A stretch of 64,000 nt of DNA. Origin: Mobula hypostoma. Taxonomy: Eukaryota. The stretch spans positions 23,066,001-23,130,000 of the forward strand of contig NC_086118.1 in the NCBI RefSeq assembly GCF_963921235.1, read 5' to 3'. Below, piece after piece: positions 25,355-36,304 of the stretch; the stretch's first letter is position 1; every line of letters begins with the position of its first letter. Under the pieces are notes generated by a model. It had not been told where the DNA came from. It worked only from the letters and a program-made list of their open reading frames with translations, and ran no database searches. Made by a program: the position numbers and the translations under genes.

Positions 25355-25650
25355 CTTACAGCACGGAATCGGCCCTTCTGGCCCTACAAGGCCGCACCAC
25401 CCAGCAACCCCAGACAACCCCAAATTTAATCCTAACCTAATCACGGGACAATTTACACTAACCAATTAACCTATCAACCAGTATGTCTTTGGACTGTGGG
25501 AGGAAACTGGAGCACCTGGAGAAAATCCACGCATTCCACAGGGGGAGCATACAAACTCCTCACAGTAGATGCCAGGATTGAGGTCTGAACTTTGACATCC
25601 GGAGCTGTAATAGTAGTGCTGCACTAACAGCTACGCTACCCAGGTGCCCA
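25355..25650 (-). mobile_element. HE1/V-SINE-like SINE
   Basis: V-domain reverse complement TCTTTGGACTGTGGGAGGAAACTGGAGCACCTGGAG. Confidence 0.85.
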
Positions 25651-26199
25651 TGGATGGATATTCCTGACTCTGGAATTTGGTCCAAGCCTCTGGATTACTA
25701 GTTGATATGCTAGTTTTCTAATGTTTCTTAATTCATTAGTTCCTGAGATAGGCAGGCTCTTCTCTGTGCTAATGTAATAGTGAGCAAAATTTAAGCTTAT
25801 AATCACACTTTACAATGTCAGCTTATTCTTAAGAATGACTTCCTAAAACAGATTCACAAACATCATGCTGTTTCAAGTTAGAAAGGCATTCGTGAAATAA
25901 GCAGCAGTCAGTCTCTTAACTCTTCCATGTACTGTACCCTTGATATATTATTGTAGTTAAATATCAGCAATCAATTATTCTGAGTAACATTTCATCATCA
26001 TTGCTCAAGAATGCATGACAAGGGAAAATAAGTTGTATATTATCAATTTATTAATAAATTATCACATTCAATTGAAAAATAATGTGGGATTTTTCAAAAA
26101 CTGCTTTGCAAGCAGCCAGGAAGAATCAATAGTCAATTTAACAGAGTTTTCTTTGATTACTAATAAAGAATTAAGCAGACTTCATCACAAGACCTGCTT

Positions 26200-26720
26200 C
26201 ACTTTGGTCAATAGGTGAAGGGTAAAACAATTTTTAGTCATATGCTTCAGATGAAATTACATTATTTTTACAAATCGTGCATAAACTAATCAGCTATGCA
26301 AGGATGGCACTTTTTCAAAATAAATGGCACCCGTCAAAAGCTCTGTACAACGGCAGTTATCCATGAATAGCTAGCGACTGAATTTGTACTTGCCAGCATC
26401 TGCTGTTATGAGAAACATAATGGATATTCCCTGAGTTTGGAAACCACTGCAAAACAGATGAGATATTGAATGCTCTGCATTGCTGTTCTTCATTACCCGA
26501 GCCTTAAGCCTGTTAATTAAATTTATGCACTGATACAATTTGCTGGCTTTCTACGAGGCAGCTCTTATTCTTTGTCATGTTGGCATTTAAAGGCAAATGA
26601 AATATAACCATTAGAGCAGCGCCAAAAGCAACAGAGATAAATAATGAAGCAAAAGCTGATCACAGCCGTGTGTCATAAAATTTCATTAATGCTGACATCC
26701 TGTACAACATGACCAATGGA
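26200..26720. promoter_or_regulatory. Candidate conserved non-coding/enhancer-like block
   Basis: Repeat-free, high-complexity DNA with clustered homeodomain-type words (GTTAATTAAATTTATG, GTCATAAAA, TCATTAATG, CATAAACTAATC). Conservation was not tested. Confidence 0.3.
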
Positions 26721-28390
26721 TAAGCACTGATACATTCCCTGGCCTTATGTCTCTGTATTTCAGAATTAAAAGGAACAAAGTTGGAGGTCGAATCATTGCA
26801 GTTAGTTGCCCCCCCCCCCCGAAGTACCGATTAAGAACTTTGCAGAGAAAGATATATAATAATGTATGGGCAAAGCTGAAGATAAGCATGCTTTAAGGAT
26901 GTCTGTGTTCTTTCCAACCCAGACAACACAGACTAGTGATGTGGTTCATTTGCACTGCCACTCATGTTCTTACACTTGCTTTCAGCATTGATGGGTTGAT
27001 TTAACCTCGTGTGGTCTTTACTCTACCAGACCTTCAAATTATTAGAAGTAAATCTGAGTATCATCTACTGAATAATAAGCAGACAACTCAAGTTTAGAAG
27101 GGAACGACAAAGCAGGGCTAATTTTCAAGTTGATATTACCCAACCATCAACAGTATAAATGCATGGAAAACGGTGTGCATCCATTACACCAGCTATGTGC
27201 ACCTTTTACATATTTTATATTTTCCTTCAGAAAATCCTTTGCTAATGCCTGCCATTACCACTTTTAAAAGCCCTTCACATTACTCTGAATCAAATTTTGC
27301 TTCTGAATGCTTAGATGTGATATTACATTTTGGGTTCTATATAAAGTAATGGAGCTCTTGGGCAAGAATGGTGTCTCTCATTATCTTCACACACACTGTG
27401 AAAACTTTATCCATTGTACCAGATAATCAGCAAACCTATTCAGGCACTATGTATGCCCTTAGATCTTCAAGTTCGGCACTTCTTCAAGGTTTGTAGGATG
27501 AAACATTTTACATACCCTAATAGCAATGCTGTTGCAGGATACAAGGGAACATCAGCTGCACAACCAGAAGGAGACAACTAAGCATCCGAAGAGCAGGAGC
27601 TTCCGGTGGAAGAGGACAAGGAGGTAGAAGAGAAAGCGAGGGTGCAAACTTTTGCTCAGGCTATCCTTGGTCAACTTACCCAAATTCACACTGAGTAGCT
27701 AAACCCCAACTGCCTGATCATTAATAGATCCTAATCCTACCCTCTGTAGCCCTCTCCGCTAGGCTAAAAAAAGCTGGATCAAAATAAACTCCAAACCACA
27801 AAATAATGATTTATCATGCCATGGAGGTAATCATACAGTATGTAATCATCTCTATGGTAGAGATGGGAGGATGAATCTTGAAGGCCAAGTTGCCAGTCTA
27901 TATTAATGCCCTACAAACCCCTTTGTACACTGCAACCCACCTCCCATGACGGCAGCAGTCTGAATTTCCATGGAAGTACATATCAGGCAGTGAATGGATT
28001 TTGGCTGTGTCCTGTTAGAAGTGTGGCATTGGCTGGCTGGTGTACCATGATTGCTTGTGAGCAGATTTAGTCACTAGCTTCTAACTGTAATGGGTTGAGG
28101 ATGAGGAGAAACTCAAATCTCCAAAGCTCTCTTGTGGCTATTCCTGTACTTTTTTTAAAAAAATCTTTAGTTATATGGAAAAAAAAGCAGTGCAACATGG
28201 AAAATGTCTTCTTCAAACAAAACCAAGACATCTTTTTCATGTCTGCCTTCTGCATTCATATGCCTTCCCTGCTCTTTTCAGTCAGTGCACCATCCAGTGG
28301 CGGAAAGTTGCTAGCCTGGATTGGAATTGGTTGCTGATGACCATGAAGACTATTTGCTAGCAGCTTGGAGCCTGGGTCCATTTTCTTCAG

Positions 28391-28441
28391 AATGTGTCAT
28401 CTCACAACGTGCGGCAGTGGCCGGAACTAAACACCCCTAAG
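28391..28441 (+). other. Candidate 51-nt symmetric exon
   Basis: Acceptor TTTTCTTCAG and donor AAG|GTAACT. Only the phase-0 frame is open (NVSSHNVRQWPELNTPK). No homology recognised. Confidence 0.2.
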
Positions 28442-28730
28442 GTAACTGCACAGACACCATTGATATGATGGTAGTGGGAAGCATGTGCACTGTCGCTAGG
28501 CAACCAGTTTTGATCTTAAAGGTCATATGCAGGTGCTTAGGTAGGCCGAACAATGGCTCAAGCATCTCAGCATCACTATAATCTACATTTGTATACATGT
28601 TCCTCATCCTATTTCTCTGTCCTTATTGAGTCAATGCAATTCTATTTACCCACTAGTTTTCCGTGTTATTCAGTCTCCTCACAAACGTATCTACTCCTCA
28701 TCAACGAATCTAAAACAAAACCAGAAAAAA

Positions 28731-28856
28731 ATTCATCAGGCCCGAAACGTCCACTGTATTTTTTTCCACAGATGTTGCCTGGTCTGCAGAGTTCCTCCAG
28801 CATTTTATGTGTGTTGCTTGGATTTCCAGCATCAGCAGATTTTCTCTTGTTTGTGA
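28731..28856 (+). mobile_element. Penelope-like terminal fragment
   Basis: GGCCCGAAACGTCCACTG...TTCCAGCATCAGCAGATTTTCTCTTGTTTGTG terminal arm. Confidence 0.7.
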
Positions 28857-28939
28857 AAATGTGTCCAAGTGCCCAGTAGGTCAATCAACATTCGTGAAGA
28901 GTGAAATAGAGACAATATTTTAAATAAGACCACCTTATT

Positions 28940-29450
28940 CAGTTCTGGTCTCCTCACTACGGGATGGATGTGGATACTATAGAGAGAGAGAGCGCAGAGG
29001 AGATTTACAAGGATGTCGCCTGGATTGCAGGGGGTACCTTATGAGAATAGGTTGAGAGTACTTGGCCTTTTTCCTTGGACTGACGGAAAATGAGAGGTGA
29101 CCTGATAGAGGTGTATGAGGTGATGAGGGGCATTGATCATGTGGGTAGCCAGAGGCTTTTTTCCAAGGCTGAAATGGCTAACATGAGGGGGCATAGTTTT
29201 AAGGAGCATGGAAACAGATATCAAGGGGATGTCAGGGGTAACTTTTTCACACAGAGAGTGGTGGGCGCATGGAATGCACTGCCAGCAACGATGGTGGAAG
29301 TGGATTCAATGAGTCTTTTAAGAGCCACTTAGGTAGGTACGTGGAGCTTGGAAAAACAGAGGGCTAGAGAAATCTTAGGCAGTTTCTAGATTAGGTTACA
29401 TGGTCGGCCAAAAGGCCTGTAATGCGCTGTAAATTTTTTTGTTCTATGTA
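28940..29450 (+). mobile_element. CR1 LINE 3' fragment
   Basis: ORF 29090-29332 MRGDLIEVYEVMRGID...FFTQRVVGAWNALP, followed by the 3' UTR. Confidence 0.88.
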
Positions 29451-29582
29451 AGGACAGTTCTTTCTCTGTCCTATGACATTGCTTGGTCTGATGACTGCTT
29501 CCAGCATTTTCTACACATCTGAAATGAGAAAGACCATAAGGTACGGAGAGTCTGTGGGAGGAGTGGCAATTGTGATGTGAAC

Positions 29583-29826
29583 TTTTTCACCCAGAGAGTT
29601 GTGGATCTGTGGAATGCTCTGCCTCAGAAGGCAGTGGAGGCCAATTCTCTGGATGCTTTCAAGAAAGAGTTAGATAGAGCTCTTAAAGATAGCGAAGTCA
29701 AGGGATATGGGGAGAAGGCAGGAACGGGGTACTGATTGTGGATGATCAGCCATGATCACAGTGAATGGCAGTGCTGGCTCGAAGGGCCGAATGGCCTACT
29801 CCTGCACCTATTGTCTATTGTCTATT
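29583..29826 (+). mobile_element. Young 5'-truncated CR1 3' end
   Basis: Encodes FFTQRVVDLWNALPQKAVEA, then a 3' UTR and (CTATTGT)n tail. Confidence 0.85.
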
Positions 29827-30039
29827 GAACAGATTAGGTAAGAGCATACCATGATATGAGCCTATGACTGTTGGTGATCTCGCCACTAAATAACTCTGAA
29901 CATAGGAAAGATCCTCTCCAGTCTGCAAATGTGAGTAAAATCTCCTGCCAAAGAGAAATTCATGATAAGGGCACCTGCCAAAGGGTATAAGCATGATGCA
30001 TCTGCTATGCAAATCTCCCCTAATTCCCCTGCCACCAAC

Positions 30040-30245
30040 CCACTTTGAGAGCTATTTTACAGTTGCCAATTACTCTCCCAATTCATTATTCATAAGTGGT
30101 AGGGAGCTAGAGAACTCAAGGGAAATTGATTGAGTGACAAAGAGAAAGTGCAAACTCCACACCGACAACAGCAGAGTTCGGATTAAAGCTGGGTGGTTGG
30201 AGCTGTGAGACAGAAGAACTGCTCGATGTGCCATTATGGCACCCA
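30040..30245 (-). mobile_element. Degenerate HE1/V-SINE-like SINE
   Basis: GAGAAAGTGCAAACTCCACACCGACA...GGAGCTGTGAG reverse-complement head. Confidence 0.6.
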
Positions 30246-31073
30246 CTCTTCATCAGAAGCAAGGAAATGAGAAGCTGCCTTGTCCACATTGCCATTCCAT
30301 TTCTCAGTGCCCACCGATTTACATAATAGCTTTCAGTGGTGGCTAAATTTAATAGTCACAGTGCCTGCAAGAGCTGTAATCATGATTCTGAGTAACAGTA
30401 GTTCATCTTAACACACAAATGTGAGTCCTGAATTCCCGCATACCAAAAAGCACTTTGATTGATGACTCTTAGGCATATAAGGAAATACACAGATGGATGC
30501 CTGCCCAAGAAATAGATATTCATTGGGACAAGCTGGAGCAGAATCCCCCCACCATTTTACAGTTTACTGAATTTCCCTGCAGCAGAGACAACAATAATGA
30601 CCATGCCAAACATCATTGTTTACAGGCAGACTATCAGCAAATAACGTAACACTTCAACACAGTGAATAATATAATTCACAGAGTGAATAATTAAAACATC
30701 AGCTATAATCTCCTCCATCAGACGCTGCTTCAGTATATTTACTATGCTCGTAATAGAAAAGGGCAATGTGGAAGACATGTCCAGGTTAAACAGTAAAGGT
30801 CGCACTGCTTTAGGACAATGTACTCAGTGTGGATGCAGTCAGCCACATGGCCTTTTAATAAACTAGAAGGATCTTTCACTACCACTGCCACCATGCATTA
30901 TTTTTCTTGACAACACAACCAAATAGTTTGTTTAAGGGAAGATGTAGAGTTCAGATGAAAAATATTGGCATGCAAAGGTCTGAATACAATCCAAACCAAA
31001 TGGAACTATAATCACTGATCAAAAATATAGTTAAGATTATAGCTCAATTACTTCTTACTCTGATATTCTTTCC

Positions 31074-31298
31074 TGTTGTAAACCATGTATATATGTTGTA
31101 ACTCGGTTACCTGTCTGGACACACACCTCTGCTGACTGCCCCTGTGGCTCCTCCCACAGAGTCCTGTATAAAGGTGTTCGCCTTGCCCCTCCCCCTCAGT
31201 CCGGGGGCAGACACTCTGGAGGTCGTATTGTACAGCGAATAAAAGCCTTTCAGTATTTTACCAAACCTCAGTCTTTTGGAGTAATTGAAGGTGCTTCA
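31074..31298 (+). repeat. 5' LTR (225 bp)
   Basis: TATAAA at 31167 and AATAAA at 31238. Differs from the 3' LTR by 3 substitutions and one 4-bp indel. Confidence 0.96.
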
Positions 31299-31324
31299 AT
31301 TTTATTCGCGGTATGTTTTAAAAC

Positions 31325-32580
31325 ATGGAACAGGCTCTGAGACCAGAAAAATTAGACCTCAATCCGCAAACACCTGAAGCTGGAAATGCTTTCGAACTCT
31401 GGCTGGCCTGCTTCAAAGCGTATCTAGAGGAGATTAAAGCGACCGACCCCGTAGCGAAGCGCAGCGTTCTACTCTCCAGGGTGTGTCCACGGGTCTACTT
31501 GCTGATCAGAGACCAGCCGAACTACGACAGCGCAATGAACGCACTCAAAAGACAATACCTGCGGCTGATAAACAGCGTCTATGCTCGGCATCGCTTAGCG
31601 ACACGGCAACAACAGTCCGGGGATTCGAGTGCTGAGTTTGTCCGGGCCCTACAGACGCTCGTGCGAGCCTGCAATTGCCAGGAGCTGACGGCGGCGCAGC
31701 ATGCAGAACTCCTAGTGAGAGACGCCTTCGTTACGGGGACCAGGTCAGTGTATGTGCGCCAGCGGCTGCTGGAAAAAGCCGATCTTACCCTAAATACGGC
31801 GATGGAGCTGGCTGATACGTTGGAGGCCGCTCTGCATAACTCCGAGGCTCTCTAGGCACGCGATCCCCTGATGGCCTCGTGGGTGCCGCAGACCCCGCAA
31901 CCCGCCAGCAAATCGACCTCGGCTGCCGCCAGTCGTGAGTCCGCGAAGTGCTACTTCTGCGGACTGGAGAAGCACCCCCGGAAATGCTGCGCGGCCCGAC
32001 AAGCTACCTGCTCCAGCTGCAGAAAGAAGGGCCACTTCGCCAAGGTCTGTAAGTCAAAACCGCGAGCAGGATCGAGCAGCGCTGCGTGCGAGACGTGGGG
32101 GTCGCCATCTTCCCTGCACACTGCCACCACGTGCGAGACATGGGGGCCGCCATCTTCCCTGCCGCCATCTTCCCTACACACTGCCACCACGTGCGAGACG
32201 TGGGGGTCGCCATCTTGCCTGCTGCCATCTTCCTTGCACGCCACCACAACGTGCGAGACATGGGGGCGGCCATCTTGGTCGGCGCCACTTCCCACCGCCT
32301 ATGACCAACGGGTGCTCACGGGGCACCCCACCACGCCGGACCAAGACAGCGACCCCACCCTGGCTTCCGTGACCCTCGACCAAAGCACTCCCCACCAGCT
32401 CGCAAGGTCAATGATGGACATCCTGGTGGAGGGGCACAGGACAAGCTGCCTGTTTGACACAGGCAGCACGGAGAGTTTTATCCACCCGGCCACGGTGCAG
32501 CATTGTGGACTCATGATACGGCCGGTAAGTCGGAGGGTCACCATGGCCTCCAGGTCACATACAACAGACGTCTGGGGGGA
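31325..32580 (+). pseudogene. gag: gag-protease region interrupted by an in-frame TAG (31853-31855)
   Basis: ORFs 31325-31855 and 31871-32716 share a frame. Tandem knuckles CYFCGLEKHPRKC and CSSCRKKGHFAKVC (Mag-type) and protease motif LFDTGS. A frameshift occurs at the G run near 32574-32579. Confidence 0.9.
32086..32278 (+). repeat. In-frame tandem repeat (45, 60, 60 bp and a partial unit) between nucleocapsid and protease
   Basis: Units start GTGCGAGAC at 32086, 32131, 32191 and 32251 and encode CETWG(S/P/R)PS repeats. Confidence 0.93.
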
Positions 32581-35262
32581 GTTGTGTAGCGACACTAGTG
32601 GTGCAGGGCACAGAATATCGGGACTTTACGTTACTGGTCTTGCCTCAACTGTGTGCCCCTGTGCTGTTGGGGTTGGACTTCCAGAGCCACCTGAAAAGCA
32701 TGACAATGAAGTATGATGGGCCCCTCCCGCCAATTACTGTCATAAATCCCCTGTTTTGTAGAGATATGTTACGTATCCCGCTACTGACCACACACACACA
32801 CCGACCCACGCATCCCACCCAACACCATGCTAACTGCCGCACCACCGACACCACTTGCAGCCTCTCCACCCTCAGGATCCCTCCCCCACCACTGTTCACC
32901 AACCTGACCCCCGACTGTAAACCTGTGGCAACTAAAAGCAGCAGGTACAGCGCGGGGGACAGAGCTTTCATTAAGTCGGAGGTGCAGTGGCTGCTCAGGG
33001 AGGGGATCATTGAGGCAAGCACAAGTCCTTGGAGGGCGCAGGTGGTCGTTGTTCGGAAAGGGGAGAAGAATAGGATGGTCGTGGACTATAGCCAGACCAT
33101 CAATAGGTTCACGCAGCTCGACGCGTACCCTCTACCCCGCATCGCGGATATGGTCAATCAGATAGCACAGTACAATGTGTACTCGACCATAGACCTAAAA
33201 TCCGCTTACCATCAGCTCCCCATCCGCCGGGAGGACCGCCCTTACACTGCCTCCGAGGCAGACGGCAGGCTTTATCAATTCCTGCGTGTCCCCTTTGGTG
33301 TCACGAATGGTGTATCTGCCTTCCAGAGGGCAATGGACCAGATGGTGGACCAGTGCCAACTGAAGGCCGCATTCCCATATCTGGATAACATCACCATCTG
33401 CGGTCACGACCAGCAGGGTCACGACAACAACCTCCAAAAATTTCTCCAAGCGGCCAAATCTTTCAACCTCACCTATAACAAGGACAAGTGTGTATTTGGG
33501 ACCACCCGACTTGCTATCTTTGGGTGTGTCGTGGAAAATGGAGTCATTGGCCCTGACCCCGACCTGCGCCCCTTGTTGGAACTTCCTCTTCCCAATACCC
33601 TCAGAGCCCTCAAAAGGTACCTGGGCTTCTTTTCATATTACGCCCATGCAGACAAGGCCCGCCCCCTGGTCAAGTCCACCACATTCCCCCTCTCTGCCGA
33701 GGCCCACGCGGCCTTCAACCGCATAAAAGGGGACATTGCCAAAGTAGCAATGCATGCGGTGGATGAGGCCATTCTCTTCCAAGTAGAGAGTGACGCCTCC
33801 GACTTTGCGCTGGCTGTTACCCTCAACCAGGCAGGAAGACCAGTGGCGTTCTTCTCCCGTACCCTTCAAGGCCCTGAAATTCGGCACTCTGCAGTAGAGA
33901 AAGAGGCCCAGGCAATAGTGGAAGCTATAAGGCACTGGATGCACTATCTTGCCGGCAAAAGGTTCACCCTGCTAACTGACCAGCGCTCAGTCGCATTCAT
34001 GTTTAATAATCAGCAGTGGAGCAAAATCAAAAATGATAAAATTCTGAGGTGGAGAATCGAACTCTCCACCTACAACTATGACATCATGTACAGGCCTGGG
34101 AAGCTCAACGAGCCCTCCGATGCCCTATCCCGGGGAACGTGCGCCAACGCACAGATCGACCGGCTATACGTCCTACATGTAGACCTTTGCCACCTGGGAG
34201 TCACCCGGCTTTTCCATTTCGTGAAAGCCCAGAACCTGCCTTACTCTCTTGAGGAGATCAGGATGATGACCAGGGACTGCCAAGTCTGCGCAGAGTGCAA
34301 ACCGCACTTCTACCGACCCGAAAAGGCACCACTCATCAAGGCCACTCGCCCCTTTGAGCGACTGAGTGTTGACTTTAAGAGCCCCCTTCCCTCCACCGGC
34401 CGCAATGTGTACTTTCTTAACGTAATTGACGAGTACTCGCGGTTCCCCTTCGCCATCCCCTGCCCCGACACTACTACCACGTCAGTTATAAAAGCCCTGC
34501 TCAAGCTCTTCACTCTGTTCAGATACCCATGCTATATCCACAGTGACAGAGGGTCCTCGTTTACGAGTGACGAGCTGCGCCAATATCTACTGGCTAGGGG
34601 AATTGCAACCAGTAGGACCACGAGCTCTAATCCCCGGGGGAATGGACAGGTGGAGAAGGAGAATGGCACGGTGTGGAAAGCCACACTCTTAGCCCTCAGG
34701 TCAAAGGGACTGCCGGTCTCCCGCTGGCAGAAGGTCCTTCCCGAGGCACTCCACTCCATCCGCTCCCTGTTATGCACGGCCACCAATGCCACCCCTCAAA
34801 TCGACCACTGGAACCACCCTACCAACTTGGCTGACGTCCCCGGGGCCAGTGCTGCTCCGGAAATATGCGAGGAGCAATAAATACTCCCCGATGGTCGAGA
34901 GGGTTCACTTACTTCATGCGAACTCCCAGTATGCCTACGTGGTTTTACCTGATGGGCGGGAGGACACGGTCTCCATCCGCGACCTGGCGCCCGCAGGAGC
35001 TCCGGGCCCCTACCCTGAACACTCTGTGGTGACTATTGACCCCGTACCCACCGATGTATGTACCTACGACACACCATGCACCCCAAACCCTATACAGACA
35101 CCACACGACACTCCCATACCGGGCGCGACGCACACGCACGAGGGATTACCAACTCCTAACGTGCTGTCACCTGAAGTCAGGCCGGAGCCAGCACAACCAC
35201 CATCGCCGGCGCTACGTAGGTCACAGCGACGGACTCTACCGCCTGATAGACTTAACCTGTAA
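32581..35262 (+). pseudogene. pol: pol: RT, RNase H and integrase (frameshift/deletion near 34795)
   Basis: RT: SPW...RMVVDY...IDLKSAYHQ...PFG...YLDNI. RNase H: ESDASD/EKEAQAI/LTDQRS/DALSRG. Integrase: HHCC (H.DLCH...CQVC) and D-D-E (VDFK, HSDRG, QVEKEN). The C-terminus continues in ORF 34786-35262. Confidence 0.93.
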
Positions 35263-35313
35263 ATATACTTCTTGTAAATATTGTCAGTCACTTCACCCCG
35301 CGGGATTCTTTTT

Positions 35314-35331
35314 AAAAAAGGGAGGGGTGAA
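35314..35331 (+). other. Polypurine tract
   Basis: AAAAAAGGGAGGGGTGAA immediately before the 3' LTR. Confidence 0.9.
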
Positions 35332-35560
35332 TGTGGTAAACCATGTATGTATGTTGTAACTCGGTTACCTGTCTGGACACACACCTCTGCTGACTGCCCC
35401 TGTGGCTCCTCCAACAGAGTCCTGTATAAAGGTGTTCGCCTTGCCCCTCCCCCTCAGTCCGGGGGCAGACACTCACTGTGGAGGTCGTATTGTACAGCGA
35501 ATAAAAGCCTTTCAGTATTTTACCAAACCTCAGTCTTTTGGAGTAATTGAAGGTGCTTCA
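35332..35560 (+). repeat. 3' LTR (229 bp)
   Basis: TGTGGTAAACC...GGTGCTTCA, a direct repeat of 31074-31298. Confidence 0.96.
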
Positions 35561-36183
35561 TTTCCATACTTGCTAATATGTTTCCCTAACTTTTCCTCTT
35601 TCTTGTCTGTCCTATCATCTTTGACTGATGCTGGGATATGTTACAGAGGAACCGCAACTCTCTCAACATATTACAAGTTGTTGTTTATGTATGCCCCTAG
35701 AGAACAAATGCTGGCAAAATATATCAGTCATTTTATTAAAGACTATGTACCTTTCAACGTTTTTTAAATCATTCACCCCTCATTGAGGCACAATAGCCCT
35801 CTTTACTATTGTGAACCTTCTGCCAATGAAGATCCTGAACTGCATGCAGAAAATAATTTCACTCCTGTTTATGAGCAGGAAGCATGTTGTTTGCAGTCAC
35901 ACAACCACTACTGTAATACTGTGGGGGAAAAAACCTTGCTAACTGGAGCTTTGAGGCTCCACCAGGACCACAAGTAAATGAAAGGACAAGGTTCATAACC
36001 CATACTTTGAACTCTCCCTCAGGAGTCCTCTGACCCTAAGTGACATTAATTTATTTCCTTCATAATTTGAGGGCTTTCCAGATGCTTCTTTATTATAATA
36101 TATAGGCCAAAAGATATAGGGGCAGAATTAGGCCATTTGACTCATTGAATCTGCTCCACAAAGAATAGCTCAGGTTCATTGCA

Positions 36184-36255
36184 AGGTTCCACCGAGATTT
36201 GAACTCAGATCGCTGGATTCAAAGTCCAGAGTGCTAACCATTACACCATGGAACC
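36184..36255 (-). tRNA. tRNA-Gln(TTG)
   Basis: 72-nt canonical vertebrate Gln body GGTTCCATGGTGTAATGGTTAGCACTCTGGAC-TTTGAAT-CCAGCGATCTGAGTTCAAATCTCGGTGGAACCT. One C>T makes a U:G pair in the T stem. No T4 terminator directly downstream. Confidence 0.9.
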
Positions 36256-36304
36256 ACTACTATAAACCACCTATTTATCTGTGTAGAAGGAGGTGATTTC
36301 TTGC

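Larger units (their letters stand above)
31074..35560 (+). mobile_element. Full-length Ty3/Gypsy LTR retrotransposon (Mag-type Gag), recently inactivated
   Basis: Two near-identical TG...CA LTRs, 5-bp TSD TTTCC (31069-31073 and 35561-35565), domain order gag-PR-RT-RNaseH-IN, and a PPT before the 3' LTR. Confidence 0.97.

Noticed and set aside
31853..31855. Programmed stop-codon readthrough in gag
   Set aside because: The TAG lies before the zinc knuckles rather than at the gag-pol boundary and is one transition from CAG, so decay is more likely.
32086..32278. CRISPR-like repeat-spacer array
   Set aside because: The intervening sequences are themselves repeated, the array is in-frame gag sequence, and the context is eukaryotic.
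32570..32600. Programmed gag-pol frameshift
   Set aside because: It falls inside the protease domain at a G run with no slippery heptamer; a one-base insertion explains it.
34880..35331. env or chromodomain after the integrase
   Set aside because: Only a Pro/Thr-rich integrase tail ending RRSQRRTLPPDRLNL is present, with no room for another ORF before the PPT.
35560..36184. tRNA-targeted integration of the Gypsy element, or priming by tRNA-Gln
   Set aside because: The element is 624 bp from the tRNA 3' end, this is a single case, and there is no Gln-complementary PBS.
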